Positions 7,955 to 16,561 of a DNA stretch of 18,490 nucleotides are shown here, one piece after another. The stretch comes from Candidatus Omnitrophota bacterium (GTDB taxonomy: Bacteria; Ratteibacteria; UBA8468; MWAK01). Both the position numbers and the translations under genes were made by a program. The notes below the pieces were generated by a model, which worked only from the letters and a program-made list of their open reading frames with translations, ran no database searches and had not been told where the DNA came from. The stretch lies in the NCBI GenBank assembly GCA_043797665.1, contig JAZDPL010000019.1:1-18490 (forward strand), in the 5' to 3' direction. How positions within the stretch are numbered: the stretch's first letter is position 1; the number at the start of each line of letters is the position of its first letter.

Positions 7955-8279
7955 ATGGAATAGGGCGGAATTTGAAAAGGATCCGTATGGCAGAAATATC
8001 TATGGCACCCCGCCGCAGGGGACTGCGGACTATGCTTTTCAGCAACATATTGTGAAGAGCCTCGATGAGAAAAATGGTCGTTGTGCTATTCTCTGGCCGC
8101 ATGGGATATTGTTTCGCGATGCCGAAGCGGAAATGCGCAAGAAGATGGTTGAATCTGATGTTGTTGAGGCTGTGATTGGACTTGGGCCGAATCTGTTTTA
8201 TAACTCGCCAATGGAATCGATGGTATTTGTATGTAATACAAATAAGCCAAAGAACCGAAAGAAGAAGATACTTTTTATA
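7953..8279 (+). pseudogene. hsdM: Internal fragment of a type I restriction-modification methyltransferase subunit
   Basis: The frame of ORF 8052-8342 extends upstream as KWNRAEFEKDPYGRNIYGTPPQGTADYAFQQHIVKSL, then GRCAILWPHGILFR...VEAVIGLGPNLFYNSPM...KKILFI. This is the HsdM segment just after the NPPY motif; N- and C-termini are absent. Confidence 0.85.
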
Positions 8280-8335
8280 AGCAATCCTGTAAAAGGTTTG
8301 CGGATTTTCCTGCTTTTTGAAGCTAACCTGTTACG

Positions 8336-8404
8336 TTCATAGTTGGGCAGCCGGTCAGGCTGCCGAAAATCCATAATCTCACAGAAACGCTCTTTTCCTG
8401 TCAT
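8336..8404 (-). pseudogene. 5' stub of a uroporphyrinogen-decarboxylase/MtaA-like family gene
   Basis: SD AAGGA, ATG 8404 just after the stop of 8416-10470, then MTGKERFCEIMDFRQPDRLPNYE, resembling the MTxRER...xxDRxP start of UroD-fold proteins. Resemblance ends after 23 codons. Confidence 0.6.
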
Positions 8405-8415
8405 CGGGTTCCTTT

Positions 8416-10470
8416 TCAAGTAATGATTTTTTGTCGTTGAACAAGGGATTCAAGTTTCTTTCCGGCAACAAGAGAAGTAAATCTCCTGGCATTTGTTTCA
8501 ATCCGCTTGAGCGCCTCAGGGGTAAACAGGGCAATCCAGTCTTTTGGAACTGAACCTGCGCCGTGGAGCGTTCCGGCAAGCATTGCCGCCCGGCCGGCTA
8601 TGGTATCAGCATCTCTGCCAATGTTGGTTCCTCCGATTGCCGCCTGCCTGACGTCTCCTTTGGAGATAACCAGCATTGCCAGGGACAAGCCAAACAGTTC
8701 CAGGGGGTCTATATGGTGGTAGAAGAGGCATTTCTTGTAAAGTTCGGCTCTGGAGGCAAAGACGTCCGTGTATTTGGCTGCTATCTCAAGACAGGTCTCC
8801 AGGTATTGATGGACGCTTTTGAAAGTTCTTTTGTCAAAGGTCTTTAAGGGTTCACGAGAAGCAAGAGAAAGGACAGCGTCACAAATACTGCGCACGGTCG
8901 CCTTTGGCTTCATCGCTTCCGCGGTGGCAGCAGCAAGAAGGGCAGCGGTTGTTACGTCAAGCCCGCGCTGGTACATGTAGGAAATGGCGGTGGCATCAAT
9001 CATCGCATATTGAGGGTCGCAAGCGTGGTAGATGCCCACCGGTTCCATACACATGACCGTGGAGCCGGTTACCTGAATCCAGTGTCCGGTAATTCTGGCA
9101 TCCCATCCGGCGCAAATCAAATCATAGGCGTTGCCTATGCAACTTGGAAAAAAGTGGTCCCGGTTCAGATATTCTTTCCAGCGTTCGCCGAACTGACGAG
9201 CCATGACCGGTCCGCCGTCGGCTTTCAGGTAGGTTTCCACCAGGTGCATAGCCATCTGGTTGTCGTCTTCACCTTCCAGGCGGGCAGGGTCAAGGACCGT
9301 TTTGATGCCGCCGGGATGTTTCTTGTCGATTTCCCAATAGAACATGCCTTCGGCGGCAGAGCCCATGGCGTTGCCGATGGCTCCGGCCAGGATACACCCG
9401 TGAACCTTGTCCTCCAGGATAGAAGTATTGCCTTTTTTAATCTTCTGCATGGAGCGGATTCCGGTGATGATTTGTTTCTCTTCGGAGATTCGTTTCTTCA
9501 CAACTTCCGCCATCGGAAACCAGGGTTTGGCAATCGGCTCGGCCCACTTTCTCCATTCTCCGGGGAAAGTATCCGGACCGAAAATAGCACCGGCTATTGC
9601 TCCGGCAATTGCGGCGGCGGAGAACTTTTCCCGGTCCGGAGCAACAAGAGCGGTAAGCAGGCGGCGGCCGTCTAAGGAGTCGCCGTAATGTATCAGCAAA
9701 GGAAGGACAAAAAGCAAGGGGTTAGGTTCGTACCACCACATTTCCCGGGTGTTGCCTCCAATGGCACCCTGGCATAGCCACCAGGCAAGAAAATCCTCCT
9801 CTTCCGGGTGCCCGCGTGCGTTCATAACCATTTCATTGAGTTGGTAAAATACCTCTTTGGCATGTCTGTGGACTATTTTGAGAACGGTTGCCGGTATGTC
9901 TTTGGGGGTGACTCCCGGCTGGAAAGCGCAGGCGATTGCCGCCGCACAAAGAGCCGCCCAGTCGGCGCCCATGCGCGGTTGGACGACCGAAGCCAGTTCC
10001 ACGCCATCCAGATAAGCGTATTCAGGGTTACCGCAGTGGTATGTCCCCACGGCAATCATGGAAGGGCAGATAAGGCCGCTCGGGGTTGCTCCCAGGGCGC
10101 TTATTCTGGGGTTCATTCCTTCCCGAAGCACTTCCTGCGTTGAGTGCAACCCGTCCCAGGTGAACACCGGACCCGCCAGCGATTCATCATCCTGAAGTAA
10201 TCCACCGAAATCTTCCGGAGTAACCCTGCCTTTCTTCTGAAGGTAGGCGCGGATGCCGATGTCAATGAATGGAATACAGGACCTGTAAACCACCCGGCCC
10301 GGCTCTTCTTTTGGTGTGCCGACCTTTTCCAGTCGCAGTTTAGCTGTATCCTCCGGCTTTCGGACCGGAAAACGTTCCGGGAACATGAATTTTTGGAATG
10401 CCAGTTCCGCGCCGATGGCTGCGCCGGTAAGGCAGCCCTTTATTTTGTCGTCAAAATCGATTTTACTCAT
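8416..10470 (-). CDS. ADP-ribosylglycohydrolase (DraG/ARH) family protein with two tandem domains
   Basis: Two family start motifs (DKIKGCLTGAAIGAELA; DKVHGCILAGAIGNAMG). The C-terminal domain has EDDNQM and GRDADTIAGRAAMLAG. SD AGGGAG. Confidence 0.85.
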   Translation of the reverse strand: MSKIDFDDKIKGCLTGAAIGAELAFQKFMFPERFPVRKPEDTAKLRLEKVGTPKEEPGRVVYRSCIPFIDIGIRAYLQKKGRVTPEDFGGLLQDDESLAGPVFTWDGLHSTQEVLREGMNPRISALGATPSGLICPSMIAVGTYHCGNPEYAYLDGVELASVVQPRMGADWAALCAAAIACAFQPGVTPKDIPATVLKIVHRHAKEVFYQLNEMVMNARGHPEEEDFLAWWLCQGAIGGNTREMWWYEPNPLLFVLPLLIHYGDSLDGRRLLTALVAPDREKFSAAAIAGAIAGAIFGPDTFPGEWRKWAEPIAKPWFPMAEVVKKRISEEKQIITGIRSMQKIKKGNTSILEDKVHGCILAGAIGNAMGSAAEGMFYWEIDKKHPGGIKTVLDPARLEGEDDNQMAMHLVETYLKADGGPVMARQFGERWKEYLNRDHFFPSCIGNAYDLICAGWDARITGHWIQVTGSTVMCMEPVGIYHACDPQYAMIDATAISYMYQRGLDVTTAALLAAATAEAMKPKATVRSICDAVLSLASREPLKTFDKRTFKSVHQYLETCLEIAAKYTDVFASRAELYKKCLFYHHIDPLELFGLSLAMLVISKGDVRQAAIGGTNIGRDADTIAGRAAMLAGTLHGAGSVPKDWIALFTPEALKRIETNARRFTSLVAGKKLESLVQRQKIIT

Positions 10471-10489
10471 AAGTTTTCTTCCCTGGGCG

Positions 10490-11539
10490 TCATCTCTGTT
10501 TCATGGCGTGAAATGCCTGACGAATTACTTTTAAACCTTCATCATAAAACGGGTGCGCCCGTACTTGCGGAGGCGTGCCCCAGGCATAACCAAAAAAGTC
10601 GCAGTCCTTATCATACCAGTGCCGCCAACTGCCGGGGTCGCACTCGCCTTTTTCCATTCGTCCGATGATTGTTGTCATAACGCGCTGGTGCGGTTTTCTG
10701 ACACTCAACAACCAGTCCAATACCTCTGACCGGGAACACTCCGCAAATAAACCATCGCTCTCATCCAGCATGGGATGACCCACCCAGAGGGGCTCGGCGG
10801 CGCGCTGGTAAGGTACGTTAAATATAATCCTGGTCCCGGGACTTGTTTCTCTGACGGCGTCACGAATACGACGGAACTGTCTCGACAAAACCTCCCGTTT
10901 GTATCTCAGGTTCTCTTCGTCGCTGATCTCTCTTGCGTGACCTGGCATCGGCCGGCCGATGATTTCCTTAAACGGTTCTTCTGCAAACCAGACCGGCTGT
11001 ACCCGGTAAGTGTCCGGAGAAGTATTCCCATAGACAAACCAGTCAAATAACATCCAATCGACCGGATAGTCGGTAAGGAATTCCCTGATACGGGCACACA
11101 GCAAATCCGTCCACGGGCTCTCCGGCCCGAGAAATATCCCTTCCCCGAGAATCTCCGGGTGGTCCGCCGGAATTCTCCAGTTGGGCCTCAAACTGCTTAG
11201 CGTAATGTCAATGCCGACGCAAAAATAAGACCAGAAGGGCAGCCCCGCCTTCTTCGCCAGTTCATACAGGCGCGGAAGGAGTTCACTGCCCGGTCCCGGC
11301 GCGACCGGCCCAAGTTTCGTAGGATAAAAAGCGTAGCCGCCATGCGTGTAGGCCTGACAAGCAATCGCATTACTTCCGGTTGCCCGATTATAGTCAAAAT
11401 ATTCTTTCGGATTGATAAAGGCCCAGTCCGGAGCCGTGCTCGCCAGATACATGGGTTGGGGTTTCTCGACCCTGGAAAAGTTCAGGTCGAGAGAAAAAAG
11501 TTTGATGGGTTTTCCAACTGCATTGCCGCAATTGTTTAT
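10490..11539 (-). CDS. Glycoside-hydrolase-like TIM-barrel protein (GH29/GHL-like), probable ATA start at 11539; first ATG at 11452
   Basis: GSNAIACQAYTHGGYAFYPTKLG, LLPRLYELAKKAGLPFWSYFCVG and EFLTDYPVDWMLFDW resemble fucosidase-like barrels. The frame is open 29 codons upstream of ATG 11452 to an ATA 6 nt after AAGGAG. Confidence 0.6.
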   Translation of the reverse strand: MNNCGNAVGKPIKLFSLDLNFSRVEKPQPMYLASTAPDWAFINPKEYFDYNRATGSNAIACQAYTHGGYAFYPTKLGPVAPGPGSELLPRLYELAKKAGLPFWSYFCVGIDITLSSLRPNWRIPADHPEILGEGIFLGPESPWTDLLCARIREFLTDYPVDWMLFDWFVYGNTSPDTYRVQPVWFAEEPFKEIIGRPMPGHAREISDEENLRYKREVLSRQFRRIRDAVRETSPGTRIIFNVPYQRAAEPLWVGHPMLDESDGLFAECSRSEVLDWLLSVRKPHQRVMTTIIGRMEKGECDPGSWRHWYDKDCDFFGYAWGTPPQVRAHPFYDEGLKVIRQAFHAMKQR

Positions 11540-11560
11540 TTTTTTCTCCTTTGCCCGTTT

Positions 11561-12898
11561 TCAGTGACAGATAACCTTTTTTATGCATTTAGCCAGGACG
11601 CCTAAGATTTCATCTGCTTCCCGGCGGTTGATGATTAAAGGCGGTTTTATCTTCAGGACATTTTTACGCACCGAACTTAAGCCGAAGATGACGCCATTTT
11701 CCAGTCCTTTCCTCTGGATAGCCATTGTTTTTTCCATAAGCGGTTCCTTGGTTTCCGGGTCACGAACGAACTCCACGCCGAGGTGTAAGCCTATCTGACG
11801 AATATCGCCAATTTCCGGATAGTCTTCTTTCATCTTTTCTATCCCCCGGCGGAGGTATTGCCCCATTGCCACCGCATTCTGAAGAACGTTATCCCGCTCT
11901 ATGATTTCAATCAGTTTTATCGCGGCGGCCTGGGATATCTGATTGCTGGCAAAGGTGTGAAGATCTTCGCCGGTCGGTTCAAATCCGGTCAATTTTTTAT
12001 CATTGATAATGATCGCGGCAATCGGCGTACCGCCGCCCAGGGCCTTTCCCAGGACTATTATATCCGGTTCCACACCGAAAAGGGTTGAGGCAAACCAATC
12101 TCCCACCCGGCCGAAGGTCTGAATTTCATCAAAAATAAGGGGGACGTCGTATTTATTGCAAATCTCCCGGACCCTTTTCAGGTAGCGTTTGGGAAAGATG
12201 ATTTGACCTCCGGCGCCCTGAACCGGTTCCATAATTACGCCGGCACAGGGACCGGAAATGCCTTTTTGTATGGTTAATTCCAGCATCAGGGCACAGGTAA
12301 GGCTGCAGTTCTCCGGTTTCTGTCCAAAGTAACATCGGTAGCAATAGGGATTCGGGACCCGCACAAAATCATGGGTGACCGGTAAAAAGTTTACCGCACC
12401 GGTAAACTCTCCGGAAGCCCGGGTTGAGGTATATGATGCGCCGATGGTACCCAGGGTGCTGCCGTGGTATCCATCCCAGAGCGAGATGAAGTTTTTTGCG
12501 CCTTTACGGTTCTTTAAGGCAATCTTCATGGCTGATTCTACGGCCGGACCACCACCAACCGTAAACCCCACCTTGTTTAAATTGCCCGGAGCCAGATCAG
12601 CTAATTTTTTTGCCAGGAGGTATCTCTGCCGGGTATGAAAACCCTGATGCACCTGGGTTAAGTTAGAAGCCGCTTTGGCAATCGCCCCGGCAATCTCCGG
12701 GTGGGCATACCCTAAATACAAAGCCCAGCTCTGGGCGGTACAGTCAATATAACTCTTCCCGGTTATATCCTGGACATGCACGCCCTTGCCCCGGACAAGA
12801 ATAAAGCCACCATGTCCTCCTCCGATCATAAGGTGCTTGGCATAATCTTTCTTAAGAATCTCTTCGGAAAGCTCCGGCATCTGGTTATAATCGGTCAT
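11561..12898 (-). CDS. Class III PLP-dependent aminotransferase (GabT-like)
   Basis: GYHGST, MEPVQGAGG, FDEIQTFGRVG, PLP lysine in LGKALGGG, HTF, IKPPL; SD GGAGG. Confidence 0.9.
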   Translation of the reverse strand: MTDYNQMPELSEEILKKDYAKHLMIGGGHGGFILVRGKGVHVQDITGKSYIDCTAQSWALYLGYAHPEIAGAIAKAASNLTQVHQGFHTRQRYLLAKKLADLAPGNLNKVGFTVGGGPAVESAMKIALKNRKGAKNFISLWDGYHGSTLGTIGASYTSTRASGEFTGAVNFLPVTHDFVRVPNPYCYRCYFGQKPENCSLTCALMLELTIQKGISGPCAGVIMEPVQGAGGQIIFPKRYLKRVREICNKYDVPLIFDEIQTFGRVGDWFASTLFGVEPDIIVLGKALGGGTPIAAIIINDKKLTGFEPTGEDLHTFASNQISQAAAIKLIEIIERDNVLQNAVAMGQYLRRGIEKMKEDYPEIGDIRQIGLHLGVEFVRDPETKEPLMEKTMAIQRKGLENGVIFGLSSVRKNVLKIKPPLIINRREADEILGVLAKCIKKVICH

Positions 12899-12915
12899 TT
12901 TCCTCCCCCCTAAAA

Positions 12916-14343
12916 TTAAACATACAGGTGGTCTTTATATTCCATCCTCCTGACTTTCTTCAAATCCAGCCAGTAAGCAAATTCTTCCAGATACTTTCCG
13001 ACATCTTTCAGTACTATTGGAAAATGATGTTGAATATTATTTGTAAGTATTGTATTGATAAGGTCAATTGCTTTTATTGGTTCCCCGTATAATTTTAATC
13101 CGTTTATCCAACCACGGCTTCCGTTCCATGATTTCTTTTTTTCATCAAAGGTTTTGCCGGTAAAGTAATAAAATAAATCAGATTCTCCAATCAATCTGAA
13201 GACCGTTATATCAGTTTTTTGATATATAATGTCAATAATTGGTCCAAGATTATCAAAACCGGTCTCATCGGCAAATGCAGCTCTATAGTGACTTCTGCAA
13301 ATAATACCCCGTTTACCTGCCATTTCAAATGGTGCTGAGCCGCAGTGCCAAACAAGTACGGAATCATCCTTATCATCAAATGCAGGTAAATCCATCACGG
13401 CGGGAGACTTTCCGGATAAGATTTTGAGAATAAGCATAGATATGGCACTTAACATATCTCCTTCGCAACCTGCCGGAATTCCGATAGAATTAAGCAGGGA
13501 TAAGGAAAGACAACCGGTCAGATTCATATTGGTTAGTTTCGGCCAGCAGGAAAATGCTACCGATTTGAAATTGTATTCTTCACAAATTTTTTTAACCGCA
13601 AGATAATTCCTTACAGAATCAATTATTTTATTCTCTTTTACTTTTATCATGGAACAAGCGGAATATATCCTTTTTACTTCCGAACTGACCAATTTTTCAT
13701 CCAATTTTTGTGCTTCTGCAAGAATATCTTCAATTTCAACACCCCTTACTACATCAATCCCAAGAATCGAGTAAATCGCTCTCTCATCATAATACATATT
13801 TCTAAAACCATCCGCTATTTTTCCAATCTGGGCTACTTTACTATCTTTCAAGTTTTTGATGGCGGTAAGAACTTTAACGGTTATTTCAAATCTTGTCTTA
13901 AAATATTTATTTCCCACGTCACCAAAAAACCATTTAAATTTCTTTTTATTATCACGGAAATAATGACCGGCAATTGATGAGTTCTGGTTCAAACAGACCA
14001 GGGAAGCTAAAGGAAGAGGACCTTCTTTTGCAGGTTCTTCAACTGCCCATAGACCGAAATAGGCTTTGGTTTTCATTAATTCAAAAACTACATCGCCTAT
14101 AATATAGGTAGGGTGAAAAAGCAAAACAAAATCAAAGTCTTCAGCATCTATTTTCTTTCTTACTTCCCTGGCTTTTTTTTCGGTCATAATAAAATCTTTA
14201 AAAATTATCAGGTCGAATTCAAATTCCCCGGACAGCTTCTGCAGGTCTTTCTGATATTGACGATAAATTACCAATCCTTCCTTAGAAAAACCGGGCATTG
14301 AACCCGCCATTAAAACCACTTTCAATTTGTTATAAGCAGACAT
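12916..14343 (-). CDS. L-fucose/L-arabinose isomerase-like aldose-ketose isomerase
   Basis: SCWP, AGCEGDM, MDL, WHCG, SRGW and QHHF motifs of the FucI/AraA-like fold; SD AGGAG. Confidence 0.8.
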   Translation of the reverse strand: MSAYNKLKVVLMAGSMPGFSKEGLVIYRQYQKDLQKLSGEFEFDLIIFKDFIMTEKKAREVRKKIDAEDFDFVLLFHPTYIIGDVVFELMKTKAYFGLWAVEEPAKEGPLPLASLVCLNQNSSIAGHYFRDNKKKFKWFFGDVGNKYFKTRFEITVKVLTAIKNLKDSKVAQIGKIADGFRNMYYDERAIYSILGIDVVRGVEIEDILAEAQKLDEKLVSSEVKRIYSACSMIKVKENKIIDSVRNYLAVKKICEEYNFKSVAFSCWPKLTNMNLTGCLSLSLLNSIGIPAGCEGDMLSAISMLILKILSGKSPAVMDLPAFDDKDDSVLVWHCGSAPFEMAGKRGIICRSHYRAAFADETGFDNLGPIIDIIYQKTDITVFRLIGESDLFYYFTGKTFDEKKKSWNGSRGWINGLKLYGEPIKAIDLINTILTNNIQHHFPIVLKDVGKYLEEFAYWLDLKKVRRMEYKDHLYV

Positions 14344-14380
14344 CGGTTATCTCCTGCGCCAACCCCTTATGATGGGACGG

Positions 14381-15208
14381 TTAAAATCTGGTACATTTTC
14401 TGTTTAGTTTTCTCCGGGCTAATTTCTTATTAATTGTATAAAATTCTTCAATAATATCCGAAAGGACGTTAACCGTCGTGTTGTATATCTTGTTTCCAAA
14501 CTCTTTTGTGGCACAAGTTGGGTCACCGGCTCCTCCATAGGTACTGTTTTCAAGATACCAGGTGGAAAGGAATAACTTTTTTTTCCTGTCTGAGGTCAAA
14601 TCAACCGGGCAATTCTTTAGTCTGCTTTTCATCGTATCTTTGTTACTTGCAACAGTCATATCAACAAGTTCCGTGAGATGTAGCATTAGGGATGTTTCTA
14701 TTTCACAAGCATGACCAATACCGCCTTCTTGGGACTTTCTGTTTTTCTTTATAAACTCTTTATCCCAGCAATTAAAAACATTTACGATTCCCGGAAACAC
14801 CTTGAAATCATCTCCTATCGACCGAACAACAACATCAAGCACTCCGGGATTATTACCGTGGCCGTTTACTATTAATATTTTGTTTATACCCATATCTATG
14901 AGAGACCTGCAAATTTCATATAAAAGATCAATGAGAACTTTCGGTTTTATGGTAATAGTACCCGGCCAGTTTTTCAGCATCCAGACTGAATAGCCAAACC
15001 AAACCGGAGGTAATACTGAAATCGGTATCTTCCCGGCAAGCCTCTCTGCGGCATCAAGGGCTGCCTGGTAAGCTATTTTTGTATCGGTAATGATGGGAAG
15101 GTGTCTTCCATGCACTTCACAGGCACCAATAGGTAACAATACCATACCGTCTTTTTTAACGAAATTTTCTACTTCCGGCGAATTCATTTCCTCAAATTTA
15201 ATTTTCAT
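14381..15208 (-). CDS. Creatininase-family metal-dependent amidohydrolase
   Basis: LPIGACEVHGRHLPIITD, WPGTI, NGHGNN, GHACEIETS, GDPTCATKEFG. Confidence 0.9.
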   Translation of the reverse strand: MKIKFEEMNSPEVENFVKKDGMVLLPIGACEVHGRHLPIITDTKIAYQAALDAAERLAGKIPISVLPPVWFGYSVWMLKNWPGTITIKPKVLIDLLYEICRSLIDMGINKILIVNGHGNNPGVLDVVVRSIGDDFKVFPGIVNVFNCWDKEFIKKNRKSQEGGIGHACEIETSLMLHLTELVDMTVASNKDTMKSRLKNCPVDLTSDRKKKLFLSTWYLENSTYGGAGDPTCATKEFGNKIYNTTVNVLSDIIEEFYTINKKLARRKLNRKCTRF

Positions 15209-15222
15209 AAATGTAATCCCCC

Positions 15223-16551
15223 CTAATAACCGAAATGTTTTTCTGTTTCAAATATTGATTCATTAATAATTTCAAGAGCTTTTGCGGCAAGGCTTTCTGT
15301 TATTATTAGTGCCGGAGCCAGTCTCAAAATATTCTCTGCCGGTATCCAGGCAAGGCCTTTCGAAAAAGCTTTTTTATATACCATTCTGCCAGCCTCCGGG
15401 AAAGGTTCTTTGGTGTTTTTGTCTTTTACAAGTTCTATGGCAAGAAGTAATCCTTTGCCGCGGACATCCCCAATAATTTTGTGTTCTTCTTTCATTATCT
15501 TCAATTTATTCATTATAAATGCGCCAACTTTATTTACATTATCCAGAATATTTTCTTCTTCAAAAACCTCAAGTGTGGCATAGGCAGCAGCACATGCCAT
15601 CGGATTACCACCGTACGTTGTTGAAGCAGACATTTTTTCAAGTGCCCAATTATATTCTTCTTTTATGGCAAACCCGCTCAAAGGAAATCCACCCGCGGCT
15701 CCTTTTCCAAAAACGATAATATCCGGAATCACATTGCAGTGTTCAACGCAAAACATCTTGCCGGTTCTCCCCATTCCGGTGAGAATTTCATCTGCAACTA
15801 AAAGCATATTTCTTTTCTTACAAATTTCAGCAATTCTTGGTAGTATTTCATCTTGATATACAACCGAGCCGCTATAACCCTGTATCGGTTCCATAATAAC
15901 TGCTGCCTGGGCACCTGTTCCCTCATTATCTATTGTTTTTTCAAGTACCTCCATACACACAAGATGGCAAGAGGGATAAGAGAGTTTAAAAGGACACCGA
16001 TAACAGTTCGGTGTAGCCGAAAGATGGCAGCCGGTAGAACGCGGACCAAACATAGTATTACCTAAGGAAGATAAACTTATGGAAGCACTTGTCTTTCCGT
16101 GCCAATCACCCCAGAAGGAAAACATTTCATATTTACCTTCTTTTACCGATCTTACCGCCCTCATTGCTGCTTCAATCGCTTCCGAACCGCCACAAAAAAG
16201 TTGAATGCCGTTTAAACTCCCGGGGAGAAGAGAGGCAATCTTTTCCAGAAAAAGTGTCTTTATGGGCGTGGTAAAATCATGGCAGTTCATAATCTTGCCG
16301 GCATACTCGTTTATTTTTCCTACAACTTTCGGGTGACAGTGTCCTGTGCTGTTACAATAAATACCGGAAGAGAAATCCAGGTAGGTGTTCCCATCAACAT
16401 CCGTCAAGGTATTCCCTTCACCTTTTTCGAAAACCACGGGGAACATCTTAACCTGAGAAGAATATCCTTTCATATATTTTGTTGCTCTATTATGCCATTT
16501 CTGAGATTCCGGCCCTGGTGGATTAACTATGATTTCAGGAATTTTATTCAT
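15223..16551 (-). CDS. Class III PLP-dependent aminotransferase (GabT-like; racemase/epimerase activity not excluded)
   Basis: DVDGNTYLDFSSGI, GSEAIE, WHGKT, MEPIQG, DEILTGMGRTG, PLP lysine in FGKG, TTYGGNP. Confidence 0.92.
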   Translation of the reverse strand: MNKIPEIIVNPPGPESQKWHNRATKYMKGYSSQVKMFPVVFEKGEGNTLTDVDGNTYLDFSSGIYCNSTGHCHPKVVGKINEYAGKIMNCHDFTTPIKTLFLEKIASLLPGSLNGIQLFCGGSEAIEAAMRAVRSVKEGKYEMFSFWGDWHGKTSASISLSSLGNTMFGPRSTGCHLSATPNCYRCPFKLSYPSCHLVCMEVLEKTIDNEGTGAQAAVIMEPIQGYSGSVVYQDEILPRIAEICKKRNMLLVADEILTGMGRTGKMFCVEHCNVIPDIIVFGKGAAGGFPLSGFAIKEEYNWALEKMSASTTYGGNPMACAAAYATLEVFEEENILDNVNKVGAFIMNKLKIMKEEHKIIGDVRGKGLLLAIELVKDKNTKEPFPEAGRMVYKKAFSKGLAWIPAENILRLAPALIITESLAAKALEIINESIFETEKHFGY

Positions 16552-16561
16552 ATTTCCCTCC

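Noticed and set aside
8346..8364. GGCAGCC-GGTCA-GGCTGCC hairpin as a bidirectional terminator
   Set aside because: No U-tract follows on either strand, and it lies within the coding stub.
9010..9675. 221-aa plus-strand ORF and other short antisense ORFs across the minus-strand operon
   Set aside because: They are shadows of well-supported genes on the opposite strand.
11482..11523. Frameshift at the T6 run joining ATG 11523 to the GH-like gene
   Set aside because: The in-frame ATA with ideal SD spacing explains the extension without a frameshift; ATG 11523 lacks a properly spaced SD.
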